A stretch of DNA of 64,000 nt from Felis catus (taxonomy: Eukaryota). Within the stretch, counting starts at the first letter, position 1, and the number at the start of each line of letters is the position of its first letter. The stretch covers positions 51,214,001 through 51,278,000 of the forward strand of contig NC_058382.1 of assembly GCF_018350175.1 (NCBI RefSeq), read 5' to 3'. Position numbers and translations under genes: made by a program. The notes beneath the pieces are model-generated. The model was not told the DNA's origin. It ran no database searches and saw nothing but the letters and a program-made list of their open reading frames with translations. Below, piece after piece: positions 1 through 14,183 of this stretch.

Positions 1-545
1 TGCAACCACCGTGGAAGATAATATGAAAGTTCATCAAAAATTTAAAAATAGAACTACCCTACAAATGAGCCGTCACACTACTGGGTACCCAAAGAATACA
101 AAAGCACTGATTCAAAGGGATACCTGCACCCCTACGTTTATAGCAGCATTATTCATAATAGCCAAGATATGGAAGCAGCCCAAGTGTTCACTGATAGATT
201 AATGGATAAAGAAGAGGTAGCATGTATATTATTCAGCCATAAAAAAAGAATGAAATCTTGTCATTCGCAACAACATGGATGGAGGTAGAGACTATAATAC
301 TAAGTGAAATAAGTCAGAGAAAGTCAAATACCATATGATTTCACTCATATGTGGAATTTAAGAAACTAAACAGAAGAGCAAAGGGAAAAAAAGAGACAGA
401 AACAACCAAGAACCAGACTCTGAACAGTAGGGAACAAACTGATGGTTACCAGAGGTGGGGTGGAGGGATTCCAGGTGAAATAGGAGATGGGGAATAAGTA
501 GAGCCCTTGTCATGGTGAGCACTGAGTGGTTAAAATAAAAAATGT
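1..545 (+). mobile_element. L1 3' end (ORF2 C-terminus and 3' UTR), carnivore type
   Basis: RDTCTPTFIAALFIIAKIWKQPKC L1 ORF2 motif; A-rich tail. Confidence 0.92.
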
Positions 546-629
546 AAAAATATGCTTAAAAAATAAAGACACCTTGTTAAATACAAGAAAAGATGCATGT
601 ATTTTTTTAAATTTTTTTTCCGATCCTTA

Positions 630-843
630 ATTTTTTTTTTCAACGTTTATTTTATTTTTGGGACAGAGAGAGACAGAGCATGAACGGGGGAGGGGCAGAG
701 AGAGAGGGAGACACAGAATCGGAAACGGGCTCCAGGCTCCGAGCCATCAGCCCAGAGCCTGACGCCGGGCTCGAACTCATGGACCGCGAGATCGTGACCT
801 GGCTGAAGTCGGATGCTTAACCGACTGCGCCACCCAGGCGCCC
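630..843 (-). mobile_element. Can-SINE, young feline type
   Basis: Reverse complement of ggggcgcctgggtggcgcagtcggttaagc, (CT)n linker, poly(A). Confidence 0.92.
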
Positions 844-850
844 TACGATC

Positions 851-1337
851 TTTATTTTAGAGAGAGAGTGCAACTCAGGGAGAGAGGCAGAGGGGGAGAA
901 TCCCAAGCAGGCTCCACACTCAGCGTGGAGCCCAACGTGGGACTTGATCCCACGACCCTGGGTTCATGACCCAAGCTGAAATCATGAGTCAAACACTCAA
1001 CCCACTGAGCCACCCAGGTGTTCCAACAAGATGTATTCCCACAGAAAACTGTTGAAAGAACCAATTATTAGGAAATGGTTGGATAATCCAGGGCCTATCA
1101 ACACAGAGTACTATACAACTGTATAAAGAATGAGGAGTATCATGAGGTATGCCCTAAAATAAAAATGGCAAGATGACCAAAGCTATATTTAGTGCACCAC
1201 AATGGATGTGCTTATGTCTGTGCTTTTTCTTTTAAACTTTTATTTTAAGTAGGCTCCACACCCAATGTGGGGCTTGAACTCACAATCCAGAGACCAAGCC
1301 TCACGTGCTCTACTGACTGAGCCCACCAGGCACCCCT
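851..1337 (-). mobile_element. Two older Can-SINEs (851-1022 and ~1230-1337)
   Basis: tRNA-derived SINE head sequences. Confidence 0.8.
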
Positions 1338-1574
1338 TGTGTCTATACCTATAGGTATTTCCATTAAAGGAGCAACAGGAGGATAAACCACAACATAGTA
1401 AATTGAATCACGGTGGGGGGTGTAGGGCAAGTAGCAGAGAAGAGAGCTGCGGGAAAGGAGTCGAAATTGAATGAGTGAATAAGTTTTGGTTTGGTAGATT
1501 TGGTATTGCAGGTGACTTTGTTTTCTTAAAATCCTAATGCAAATTTAAATTGTATAAAGGTCCTAAATACATTT

Positions 1575-1799
1575 CTTTTTTTTTTTTACACATTTATTCA
1601 TTTTTGAGAGAGAGAGAGAGAGAGAGACAGAGTGTGAGCAGGGGAGGGGCAGAGAGAGAGGCAGACACAGAATCCGAAGCAGGCTCCCGGCTCTGAGCTG
1701 TCAGCACAGAGCCCAACGCAGGGCTTGAACCCCCAAACCATGAGATCATGACCTGAGCCAAAGTCGAATGCTTAACCAACCAAGCCACCCAAGCACCCC
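1575..1799 (-). mobile_element. Can-SINE with target-site duplication ggtcctaaata
   Basis: SINE consensus; flanking direct repeat at ~1559 and ~1802. Confidence 0.9.
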
Positions 1800-1832
1800 A
1801 TGGTCCTAAATATATTTAAAAATAAAACAAAG

Positions 1833-2233
1833 GTGTCTGTTGGTTTTCTAGGGCTGCCATAAGAAAGCACCATAGACTGAGTGGCTTAAACAACAGAAAC
1901 TTATTTCCTCACAGTTCTGGAGCCTAGAAGTCCAAGATCAAGGTTTCAGCAAGGTTGTCTTATTCTGAGAGTATGTCCTTAATTTATAGATTGCCACCTT
2001 CTTTTTTTATGTTCACATGGCATTCCTTCTATGTGTGTCTGTGTCCTAACGTCCTCTCATAAAAGTATGATCTGATATGATAAAAGTCATATCAGATTAG
2101 GGTCCACCCTAATGACCTCATTTTACCTTAACTCCCTCTTTAAAGACCCTATCTGTAAATACAGTCACATTCTGAGGGACTGGGAGTTATGACTTCAACA
2201 TGGGAATTTTAGAGGGACACAGCTCAGCCCAAA
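1833..2233. mobile_element. MaLR (MLT1) solo LTR
   Basis: ggcttaaacaacagaaa...cacagttctggag...gtccaagatcaagg MLT1 signature. Confidence 0.85.
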
Positions 2234-2989
2234 ATACTGACCAGGAATGGATCAACTTGGTGGCTCTTTGAATAACCATACAGAGAGATTCCAAGTGACA
2301 GTGCGTGCAATAATCACACAGTACCTGCCGGTTGATATGCCTGAAGGATGAAAGGAAATGCAGATGAGATAAAAATGATTCCAGCTAATACACCCACTTA
2401 TCAAATTGTACCTCCCCAGTGGATATGCTCTAGGGCGAAAAGGAAATGCAGAGGGCTATTTATCCTTCCTGGTGCTAGGTGTTCTGCAGAAGCCGCGGGA
2501 CACCTTGGCTCAGACTGACAGAGGTAAGGCATTTTAGACGTAGAACATAGACTTCATGCATCCAGGAGCTAGATCCAATCTTTCTCAGGCCCTTAAACAT
2601 TAAGGGAGATAAACAGTCATCCGAAGTTATCCCAGTTTCTGTCTAGAGGTGGATGGAGGAGCTGGGCTAGAAGTTCATGCTGTAATTTATGCCCTGTGTT
2701 CCCTAGGGCCCAATCATGGATCCTTCATTCCTGGTAATCTTTCCTTTGCTCCTGGCCCTGTCAACACCTTGCAATGCTTGTGATTGTAAAATTCAGCACC
2801 CTCAGACATATTACTGCACATCAGATGTCGGTGAGTCTAAGGGGACACCTTAGAGAAGTCTCCACCAAGGAGCTCTCACCATAGGGTGTAGAAATGCAGA
2901 GGTGGGGGAGCTCAGAGGTGGGTGATCTGATCAATGCCTTCATGAGACTTTGGATGTGGGAATCCTAGAGCAATGAAGCTATGGGCCCC

Positions 2990-4250
2990 TGACCCATTTC
3001 TTCCTCCTCCCAGTCATATTAGCTGATATACAAGGACCAGGAAACAACACCGTGACAAAACAAGGTTTCAGAGTCAATGTCATTAAGGTAAACTCAGTAC
3101 CTCCTTTCTTCTTACCTCCTTTCCTCAAAATAAGCAAGACTATCTGCTCTTGCTGAGAGATTTGGATGGTTTCTGGAGCCTAGCAACTTCTATGTAAACC
3201 TAAGGTCCTAGTCACTCTTTCCCTCCCATTGCAGGTACTCAAGGCTCCCAGAGGCATCCCAACAATCCACGAGATCTACTCACCGATCAGTTGGAAAGAC
3301 TGTAGTTATAGGCTGAGGACCACTCAACAATCACTATTACTTATCGCAGGTGAGCATCCCTGTCCACATACAGCCCCTCAACCTTGCTACCTCCTCCTAA
3401 AAGGACCACCTGACTTCTGCAACTAACCCCACCAAGGACCAAGGGCCCCATTATCATGATCTGACAGACTCTTCCTGGGGCAATGCTGGACCCTCATTCA
3501 TGGCTGACTCTGTACCAGCCTCAGGGGTTCTAGACCCTCTGGTCTGACTTCCCAGGGGATATGCATGCATGGTATACTAACTCAGGCCATGCTCCCCCAT
3601 CACTGCAGGCTATCTGAGGGGGGGCACATTGCGCTTCACAAGATGCCATCTGGTCTATTTCTGGTACCGGCTCTCCAGAGAGCAGAGGCTAGGTTTTGAG
3701 GCAGCATACAGAACAGGATGCAAATGTCAAGTGAGTATGGTGATTTTTCTCTGCAGCCCAGGCACTGCTCTTGTCCCATGTCCTTGTTCCCAGATCTTCC
3801 TCCCTGCTGTCTCCCTCTGGATGACCCTTGCTCTTTCACCTTCCTTCCATTCCCTGACCTCTTCCCACTGTTTCCTTTCTGTCCTTTCCCTCCTCACTGC
3901 TCCCTTTAGCCTCTCCTTGTTGACAGACCCTTGTTGCCCTTGTCGGTCCAGGATGGAGTGTATGAACAGGAAGTGGGCAGTTCTGTATCTCCCTCCACCC
4001 CTAGGTTCAGCCCTGCCTCCACTGCTGGCATTCCTGCCCTCAACCTGACTTTGGAGAGTGTGTGTGGAAACAAAAAGACTGTAACTACAAGGTATGGGAG
4101 GGAAACCATTCCTTGTTCTCCATGTGTGTGCCCTCCATGAATGGGTACTGTGAATGGACCCGCATCCAGATGAACTATCCGTACCAAACCTCGGCTCCAG
4201 TGACCTCTGTTCACTAGGCCTGGAATCATATAATAGAGTTTAATATTCTG
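2990..4250 (+). pseudogene. Unidentified gene family, copy 1 (inverted); exon A 3235-3349, exon B 3525-3730
   Basis: Exon A VLKAPRGI...LLLIAG has intact AG/GTGAGC; exon B reads GVLDPLV* ... LRFTRCHLVYFW; a pyrimidine tract follows, as in the other copies. Confidence 0.6.
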
Positions 4251-5099
4251 TCTCCTGGTCTGGCTGCTGTTAACAGAACTGAGTTAGTTTTGTACACCTC
4301 CACTGAAGTGTACACTTAAGTTTTGTTTACTTTCTGTAAGTAGTGTATGCATCAATAAAACTTACAAAAACAAATCCCAAGTTGATAAACCACCCTGATG
4401 ACAAATTCCCTTTATCTTCTCTGTTCATCAATTATCTTTTATTTCTTCTTCATCCAGCAACCTCATGCCAGACTCTAATCCTTCTTATTCCACAATTCCT
4501 GACATTTCCTCATCCTCTCAAAGCAAGAGCCCTGGGTCCAAACAGAGGGACAGATCCAGATCCAATCTGACCAAGGTCACACTCCACCTGACACACCCTT
4601 AACCTTCCCCAGATGATTTGCAGAACCATAAATCACAGGAGAAAGGATATTCCTTGTTCCCACAGAATTAAGACTCACTTGCAAATATAAACATTGTTCC
4701 TTGTCATATTAAAATTCTGAAAATAAAAGACTTTTAAACTTTTATAAGAACACAAAAGGCAATATTTTTAGGACTTCAAATCACAAAAGTTCCAAAATAT
4801 ATGAAGGAAAATGTTGATAAATTCCACTACTCTAAAATAAAATATCTTTCCCCAAATAAACCAAAGTACCATAAACACTATAAAAATATAAGATACAGAC
4901 ATAGATTGGAATTGGAAAAGATTTACAGCTTTATGATAAAAATTAGGTCTGAAGAATGTTTTGGGGAATTGGTTGAAGTTTCCCTTTGAACATAATTTAT
5001 GAACTTAAAAATTTCCCAGAGTCCTTCCAAAAAGAGTGTCTTCTCTGTGTTATTAAGTATTTAATTTAATTATGTATTTTATTAATCTAATTTTATTTT

Positions 5100-6240
5100 G
5101 TTAATTATTTTAAATTTTGGGATCATTTTGGATTTACAGAGGAAGGTACCAAGATAGTACAAAGAATTCATACATATTCTTTACCTAGTTTGCTCTAATG
5201 GTAACATCTTATGCAACACTGGTATTTGTTAAAGCTAAGACATTAACATGAGTACAATACTATTAACTAAATGACACTTTATTCAGATTTCTACCACTTT
5301 TCCCTCTTTTTTGTGCCAGAATCTAATCCAGGATACTGAAGAAATTAGTCTGGTCTGTGACAACTTTTTTTTTTTTAATTTCTTGAAGTTTATTTATTTG
5401 TTTTTGAGAGAGAGAGAGACAGAATCCCAAGCAGTCTCTGCGCTGACAGATGGGGGCTCAAACTCATGAACCATGAGATCACGTCCCGAGCCGAAATAAG
5501 AGTCGGACGCTTAAATGACTGAGCCACCCAGGCACCCCTGGTCTGTGACAACTTCTTAATGGAACTTCACTTTCAGTGACCTGGCAGTTTTACAGTGTAC
5601 TGGTGTTCTGGAGACTCCCTCAATTTGGATGTGTCTGATGTATTTTCATGATCAGACTGGGGCTGTCGATTTTCAAGAATAGCACAAAGAGGAAATACTT
5701 ACTCTCATTGCACTGTATCACAAGCACCTAGCCTTGATACTACATCACTGAGAGTGTTAACAATGATCACTTGGTTAGGCTGGGGTCCGCCACGTTTCTC
5801 CACTGGAAAGGCACCGTTTTTCCTTTTTATACTCTTCGCCATGTCCCATTGGTTTTTAGGTGAACAATGGAATTTAGAAAATTGTATCTGGACACGGGTT
5901 CGTCATTGCCACTGGGGTGTCACTGCTTCCAGGCCTTCTCAGTAGACAGAACTAGGAAACATATGTATGCATATGAATTTAAGTATATCCACATGGTTAT
6001 AACTATGACCCTTTCTCTCAATATATATTAAAATAAACCTGAGTTTCATACTAATGCCAACTACAGAATAATATAGGGCTCATTATAGCTCTCACCTATT
6101 GATTATTTGTACCTTTTTTTCTGACAATAGGAAACTTGACTTTTATTTTATTATTTGTTCGAACCTAGTATAAATGTAAAGTAGTTTCAGCATGTACCCC
6201 TGTAAAGTAAATTTACCAATATAGTACCAGGTTTATGTAG
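5100..6240 (-). mobile_element. Ancient L1M 3' fragment with a nested Can-SINE (5367-5538, TSD tggtctgtgacaactt)
   Basis: L1M 3' UTR-like sequence; 16-bp TSD at 5351 and 5539. Confidence 0.75.
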
Positions 6241-6869
6241 TTTTTAACACAAATCCACTCATTCAAACTCACATGCACAGTTTCTACCCTAAGGCCCCAA
6301 AGGGTCCCAAACACACCTGGGTCCATTCTGGGAAAGGAGGCCCTGGGGGACATGGTGCAGACTCAGAAATCTGGGTGAACTTACATGCATTGCCAGGAAT
6401 AAAGACACCGCCTGATATTTCTACATCTACAATCCCAACCTAATTGATCCCGACCCCCAATTTCAACCTTCCAGTGAGCAGGTCTTCCCATTTAAAACTC
6501 TCAGAGAAACATAGATCTCCTGGCAGAAGGTCAAGAATGTAAGTAGACATGGTTATGGTTAATAGGCACAGAAGAGGCTGCCAAATCCATGCACCAATTG
6601 TCTGCGATCTCACTCTCCCTGGAGTTCAACCAGTGACCTTGGAATCAGAAGAGAATTCTAGAAAAAGAAGACTGTGGAAAAAATGGCACAGACTTAGGGA
6701 ACCAAATGGGAACAGGAAGGTTTTCTGTGCCTATCAGGCCACACACACATGTGCACACATACACACACACACAGTCACAAAAATGTGTATAAATATTTGT
6801 GTATATGTAGGTGACATATATTTCCTAGGAAGCTTTATCTGCTGAGAGACTAAATGAAATGAAATTTAT

Positions 6870-8150
6870 CAGTTGCATAGGGAATAGTTTCTTACATAGG
6901 GCACAAAAACCAGAAAGAAAGTATAAAAGACAAACTGATAAATTGTGCCTCATTAAAATTTAAAACTTTCATTCTTCAAAAGCTGCAATTCCAAAAATAA
7001 GAGAATGAGCCCCAGAGAGGGGAGTTAAATGCAAAACACATATATCTGACAAACATGCTATATCCAGAATATATTAAAAGAAAAAGAACCTCTTGCTACT
7101 CAAAAGGAAAAATAACAATAAAAATGAGCAAAATGTCTGAATAGACACTTCATAAAACATGATACATGGGATGCTCAGTGAGTTAAGTGGCCAACTCTTG
7201 ATTTTGGCTCAGGTCATGATCTCACAGTTAGTGGGTTTGAGCCCTGCATCAGGCTCTGTGCTCACTGCACAGAGCCTGCTTTGGATTCTCTGTCTCCCTC
7301 TTTTTGACACTCTCCTGCCCGTAAGTATGCTCTCTCTCTCTTTCTTTCTCAAAAACTAATAAACATTAAAAAAATATTAAAAACAACATGATACAGGAAT
7401 GGCCAATAGTCCCTAAAAATATTATTGGAAAAAGACAAATAAAGCCTCTATAAGATACAACTTCATATTCACTACAATGGCTAAAATTTTAAAGAATGAC
7501 AATACCAAGTGTTAACAGGGATTTGAAGTAACTGGAATTCTTCCAGTTTGTTCTTGGGATTATAAAATATTGCAACCAACTTGGAAAACATTCAACATTT
7601 TCTTATGAAGTTAATGATACAATTATCATAGGATCAACAGATTACAAACGTATTATTTATACAAACAATGAAAACAGAGAACTTCTTTAAAAATAAGGAG
7701 ACTTGTAATGAATGTATATAATAGCTTTATTCATAATGGCAAAAAATCCTGGGAAATAAACATTTGTCATCAGTAATTGAATGAATAAACAAATTTTGGT
7801 TTATTCATTCAATGTAATAGTAACCACCAAGAAAAGGAACGAACTACCAGTATAGATGACAACGTGGATGCATTTTATAAGCATTGTCCTGAGAGGAAGA
7901 AACCATTTGTAAAAGAGATTGCACTGAACTAGTCTATTTATGTTAAATTCTAGAACATCCAAAATTACATTTATAGAAAATAGGTCAATGTTTGGCCTAA
8001 GGGAATGATTAGCTCCAAACATGTATGAGAGACTTGGAGTATTTATGCTGTTTTTCTGTCTCTTGATTAAGATATTGTTACCTAGTGTATTTATTCACAA
8101 AAATTCTTTAGACTGTGTGATTGAAATGTGCAAGTTGCATTGTGTGTCCA
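6870..8150 (+). mobile_element. Ancient L1M ORF2/3' fragment with a nested Can-SINE (~7168-7380)
   Basis: Degenerate L1 ORF2 3' motifs such as atagctttattcataat. Confidence 0.75.
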
Positions 8151-8319
8151 TTTCCATTACAAATTTGATCACATCGGTAGCCATCATTTTATTACTTCTT
8201 GTGATTCCATGGGTTGGCTAGGTGGAGCCTCCCCTCCATGTGACACCATCTGCAATTAGCTGCTGATGGAAATGGACTGGAACATTCATTTGCCACTGCC
8301 CATGTGTCCATTTATTATT

Positions 8320-8705
8320 ATAGGCTGAATTGTGCTCCCAAAATTTATATGTTGATGTCCTAACCCCCAGTACCTCAGAACGTTACTGTAGTTAGAGAGA
8401 GGGTCATTAAAGGCATAATTAAATAAAAGGAGGTCACTAGGGGTCATTGGGTCACTAATCCAATATGACTGGCATCCTTATAAAAAGAGATTGGGACACA
8501 GACACACACAGAGGAAGGGCCATGTGAAGACACAGGAAAAGACAGCCATGTACAAGCCAGGGAGACAAGCCCCAAAAGAAACCAACACTACTCACAGCTT
8601 GGTCTTGAGCTTCTAGCCTCCATAGTTGTGAGAAAATAAATTTATGTTGTTTAAACCACCCAGTCTGTGGTACTTCACTATGGTAGTCCTAGAAAACTAA
8701 TGCAG
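8320..8705. mobile_element. MLT1 LTR
   Basis: ggctgaattgtg...gagaaaataaattt...gtttaaaccacccagtctgtggta. Confidence 0.85.
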
Positions 8706-8719
8706 GTATTTTTTAACTT

Positions 8720-9900
8720 CAGGTCACTTCTCTTTCCACAGAAACAATATGACTAGGAGCACTTCCTTGTCCTCTCTGAATTGGGAGAATTTTTCCCTCA
8801 TCTCTTTGTTTGAAAGTCACCCTTGAGTTAGCATATCATATGGTAGCCATCCATTTTCACCTTGTTTCAACACACCAAGCCAGCCCATCTATTAACAACT
8901 CTGGGTCTGTCTTTGTCCATCAGGGGGTCAAATTTTGTAAGTAAAGAAAAAGGCTTGGTGCAGGTAGTGATGATAGGGAAAAGAGAAGACAAACAGGTAC
9001 ACCAAATATAAAGAATGGGCAAAACCAGAAAGAAAACAAGGAATAAGTAAAGGCAATGAAGATAGAAGGAGAACAAAAAGAAGAAGAAGAAGAAGAAGAA
9101 GAGGAGGAGGAGGAGGAGGAGGAGGGAGACGGAGCAAGGTACAGCAGGAGAGAGAAAGCAATAGCTCCTGGGCTGAAAGAACATTTGGGGGATCACTCAT
9201 GGTAGAATTAGCTTCTGCCTTGTAGACACCAAGATGCTTTCTTTCTGCTCCTAGTTGTACATTCCCATATTGCATGCTACATCTATTCAATTTTAATTTA
9301 TTATTACTCAAAGCCGCTCATGAAGAAAGAAGTCAAACTTGGAGTGTCAGCACACTGTGTTCCCTCTGTAGTTTGAGTGAATCCAGCCCTGGGGCTTCAG
9401 GATACCCTGGGCAAGGAAGCAGATCAGCCCTGGATGGGCAGTCCTGGGAGCACAATGTCCTAAATTATTAAGGAGAGACAATGACTGTGTTTCTGGTCTG
9501 TTGGCCAAAATTGAGGGTTCATGTTGGCGGTCAGAGAAAACAAAGTGCTGGGGTATATGAGCTCATTCTAAATGGAGTATTTTTTTGCTAGAAAATACTC
9601 ACTCATGAATGTATTTTTTCACCATGGTACTTTTTCTCATCAGATGTGTAGGTATATTGAAATTTCTCCTCAGGAGACTTGATCATCTGTGGAGGAAAGA
9701 GGAAAAATGATGCAGACTCAGGAATATGTGTGGGATGGGAGGCTGCAGTGTTGGTATTTGACCAGGACCTGTCTGACCCCCACATACTGCACATGCTCTC
9801 ACAGCAGGATGGAGAATCCTCTGTTCTCATAGGGAGATGTGTATGGAGAGGAGCTGGTAGGGTGAACCTGGTAATGTGATTTCATAGAGTTGCATTTTCC
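8720..9900 (-). pseudogene. Unidentified gene family, copy 2; exon A 9686-9567, exon B ~9406-9218
   Basis: MIKSPEEKFQYTY...YIHE with frameshift, stops and a lost donor; exon B GYPEAP...KLKLNRC. Confidence 0.6.
9077..9125 (+). repeat. (GAA)n(GGA)n microsatellite
   Basis: Seen directly. Confidence 0.95.
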
Positions 9901-10729
9901 TATTGAAATGGTGAGGCCCTAGAATAAAGCCATCTTGATTGAGAGGTTGGAAAAGAGTATACATGGGCCCTCTCGTGGTTATGTATTCATGTGTCTCCAG
10001 CCAAGTCTCAGAAAGACGAAATGTGTAGCCCCATGGCACCCACATGCCCTATCCCCCACTCAACCACCACAGCAGGGAGAATTCTTACCCCTTACAACCA
10101 AATGGTGAAATACCATAGGCAGGGACTCTGCATTCTTTACAGACTCACCAACTTCTAAGTAAACAATCCAGCGGTATAATAGCGTACAAAAGTAGACTTG
10201 CCCAGGCATGGTCATGATAGCCAGAAGGATACAGAGACCACCAGGAAGTTGGGAGCCAGGTAGGAGCCTGGATACCAATGAAGGATTTAGGAAAAGACTT
10301 TCATACAGTTCTTCTGTCTTTACTGATATAACATGATAATATTACAGAATGTGGATAAATAATATTAGTGGTTTGTGGTAAGTATTCCTTTAACCATCAT
10401 GAGAGACAAATTTTAACTTAATAGTACCTGGACTCAAGGTACTTGGGTTAAAATCCAAATTGCATTAATTTCTGGCTGTAGGACCTCAGGACAGCTCGTT
10501 CAACAACTCACTCCTTAGAATCCTCAACTGTTAAATGTAAATAATTACAGAACTTTTCATACAGGACCACTGCCAACATTAAATGTTAAAAACATGAAAT
10601 GTACTTGAAGTATTACCTGATACCAAGTAAGCACTCAATCAATTGGACTTGTACACTTCATGGTTAGTAGTTATTATTACTCACACTAGCAATAATGAAC
10701 ACTACTTTAATAAATAATTATCTACCCCT

Positions 10730-11522
10730 CTTTTTAATGTTTATTTATTTTCGAGAGAGAGTGTGATTGGGGGAAGAGCAGAGAGAGAGAGGGAGACAGG
10801 GAATCTGAAGCAGGCTCCACACTGTCAGCGCAAAGCCCAGTGTGGGACTCAAACCCACCAACCATGAGATCATGACCTGAGCCAAAATTGGACACTCAAC
10901 TAACTGAGCCACCCAGGCACCCCAAGGATCTACCTCTTTCAAGCCTCACCATACTCATAAAAATATGAATTTATTCTCCTAGTTTTGAACTATCTCTTCA
11001 TTCCTAATTGCAGTATTAATTTCAGTCATATTGTTAATGTAAAAGCAAAAAATGATATCAATGGCACATCACAACTATCCTAGTTTCATATAGATTAAAA
11101 AGGAACAACAAGATTCACCAGGGTAGTATTAATCATGGTTTTAATGTTATGATAATGCAAATTAACAATGTACTGAAATCATCCTCATTTCCTAAAAGGA
11201 AACCAATATTTTCTTGTGACTACTTCTTTGGCCCTGGAAAGGTCCAGCAATATGAAAGAACTCTGTAAGATGTCACAAAATTGCTCAGAGATTAGTCCCT
11301 ATAGTCACTTTCCCCCAATGTCCTTCAAAGTTGGCCATGAATTTTCTTGTACATAGCCATGTCCCTACATCCTCAACTTACAATGACCACTCTCTTTCCG
11401 TTCTCTGCAAATTCCCAAGTTCAGGCAGACAGTTGGCTGGACCTTACTTGCCAATCAGGGGCCTATTGCCATGCCTCTAATATATAACATTTCAATCTTT
11501 TTCAGGCCGTGAGCCCTGATAT

Positions 11523-11561
<39 letters not shown>

Positions 11562-12730
11562 TTTTAATGTTTACTTTTGAGAGAGACAGACACAGCGTGA
11601 GTGGGGGAGGGGCAGAGAGAGAGGAGGAGACACAAAATCTGAAACAGGCTCCAGGCTCTAAACTGTCCGCACAGAGCCCAACACAGGGCTTGAACTCGGG
11701 AACAGTGAGATCATGACCTAGGCTGAAGTTGGACACTTAACCCACTGAGCCACTTGGGCACCCCACCCTGATTTTAGCCACATGCCCAGGCTTTTGCATC
11801 AGGAGAAGGTGCCAAATGGGTCAAGGATCAATTGCTTGTTCCTATGCCCTATCAGGGCCTCTCAGTACCACCCATGAACTCATCCAATACCCCTGCATAA
11901 GCAAGGGGGAGAAAGACCACATTGTATCTGTGGTCAGAGATATATGAGTGCAGTATGAATTCATGTTTATTTTAATATATATTCAGATGCACAGATGCAC
12001 AAATAGATATGCTTATATACAAAGATTAGCATTTGTAGGTATATATAAATAAATATGCATATATAAATGTGTTTGTATTATTTATTAAATTAGTTTGTTT
12101 GTTTGTTTACTGGCTCTGTCTCCTAAGCAGACCTAGAGGCATTGACACCCTGATAACAATGAGCACACCTAGTGCCCAGATCTTGGTTTCTAAACACCAT
12201 TATCTAATAAAAGAAATCAGAACTCTTTTGGAAAAGGGCTGTATACAGGGCAAGGGCAGTTAACACACAAGATGATCCCATGTATATTAAAAAGACACAT
12301 GAATCAATATGAAAAAACTCCCAATAGCCATGGCTGGAACAATTTTCCAAGCAAAATGTGTAACAACTGAAACAATTAAAATACGGGACAATTTTCCTAA
12401 CAAATACATAATATTAAATTATAACTCAAAGAATAAAATAAATATCCATCATTCTGTGCCAATAAAAACAAAATATTAAATAAATGAGGAGAAGGGACAA
12501 ATCTTCCTTACAGAAGAATTGCAAGGGAGCCTGGTGGCTCAGTCAGTTAAGCATGCAACTTCAGCTCAGGTCATGATCTCACAGTTCATGGGTTCGAGCC
12601 CCATGTCGGTCTCTGTGCTGACAGCTCAGAGCCTGGAGCCTGCTTCAGATTCTGTGTGTGTCTCTCTCTCTGCCCCTCCCCTTCTCATGCTCTGTCTCTC
12701 TGTGTCTCCCAAAAATAAATAAAAGTTAAA
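10730..12730. mobile_element. Three Can-SINEs: 10730-10923 (-), 11520-11764 (-, (TTTA)n tail), 12524-12730 (+, inside an L1M fragment)
   Basis: SINE consensus matches. Confidence 0.85.
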
Positions 12731-13114
12731 AACAATTCAAATAGCATGTGTAGATATGTGCCTTCTAGGAGGTGGGAAATTCATTTCCTTTCTCTTAAGT
12801 ATGGAGAGGACTTACCATGTCCCAGAGAATAGAATACGGAAAGGAGAAAATAGTGATTTTCTAGTAGAAAAACACTGAAGAAACCATCTTAACCAAGTGA
12901 TCAAGGCTAATATCAGCAGATATCATTTATAGCAATATCATATACAATGAAAAACATACTCCACCTCTGAGTACATTAAAAAAAACACCTTTTCTCTTTT
13001 CAAAGTGCAATTTACTTAAATATGTCACATAATGCATTGTATTTAAATTACAATTCCTTTGTAAACGTCTGTTATACTAAATTTGTATGACTGAATCTAT
13101 AACCACTAACTTTA

Positions 13115-13191
13115 TTTTTTAATTTATTTTTTAATATAATTTGTTGTCAAGTTGGCTAACATACTGTGTATACAGTGTGCTCTTGGTTTTG
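13115..13191 (-). mobile_element. 77-bp severely 5'-truncated L1 insertion with a perfect 17-bp TSD
   Basis: tataaccactaacttta at 13098-13114 and 13192-13208 flanks a T-rich tail plus L1 3'-end-like sequence. Confidence 0.75.
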
Positions 13192-14054
13192 TATAACCAC
13201 TAACTTTAAAATAAAGCAACAAAATGAAATGCTGACCATTCAGTTTTGTCCTCTTTTTCTGTTGGACTTTCTCATCTATCTAGGACCCACTAACACAATG
13301 CAGACAATCTCAAAATGTGACTACTGGCATATAAGCTCTTACCTTCCAGTCTTTCGAGATGTTTCCTGAAAATGTGATTCAAATTGAATACTTCCCTTGG
13401 AGATAACCAATTCATATTGTTAATGACAGAAGATGGAGGTATCCTGGCCTTCATGATGCTTAGCACATATATGTTGAAAAATAGCATACTTAGTAATTTC
13501 CAGATCTTGTCATAAGCATGTTTACAACATCTCTCTTTCACATACTCTGAATTCAGTTTTTGGTTTTGCAAGCTGAGGGGAGTTTAGGAGTCTCTACAGT
13601 ATTTGGTTGAGACCATCATTGCTTGTCAGGGAAGTGAGCTGGCAAACAGATGATGAGGATAGGCCATTTGTGCTAATTTAAGTGATCTGTGTGTGATTTA
13701 ACTCGTGCTCTTGATGCCAAATTTTTGTGCAAACGTAATTATCCCTTGGTTCCATATTTAGGTTTTAGGAATGCCTAATATTAAAGTTGAAAAGTTTTAG
13801 TGGATTTCCTCCCCAAGTTCAGCAATTTGCCTTTACAAAAATTACTTAATGATTTTGACCTTAAATTTTTCACCCAAGAGAAAACAGACAATAACAAGAT
13901 AATATCCCTAAAGCTATGAATTCATTTATAATGCAACACCAAATGATGCTAAAGCCAGCACCAGATATTGAGGCTAGTTTGAAGGATGATGAATGGTGAC
14001 ATTCTAGGGCTCTGTTGCTGATTAGTGAGATGCTCTCCTTTAAAGATCTTTACA

Positions 14055-14141
14055 GGTGGCTCAGTTGCTTAAGCCTCCAACTCTTGGGTTTGGCTCAGGT
14101 CACGATCTCACAGTTCACTGACAGCACGGAGGCTGCTTAGG

Positions 14142-14183
<42 letters not shown>

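Noticed and set aside
8867..9311. Hydrophobic and poly-Pro/Leu ORFs
   Set aside because: Produced mostly by the (GAA)n(GGA)n microsatellite and pyrimidine tract; only the 5' part overlaps the exon B relic.
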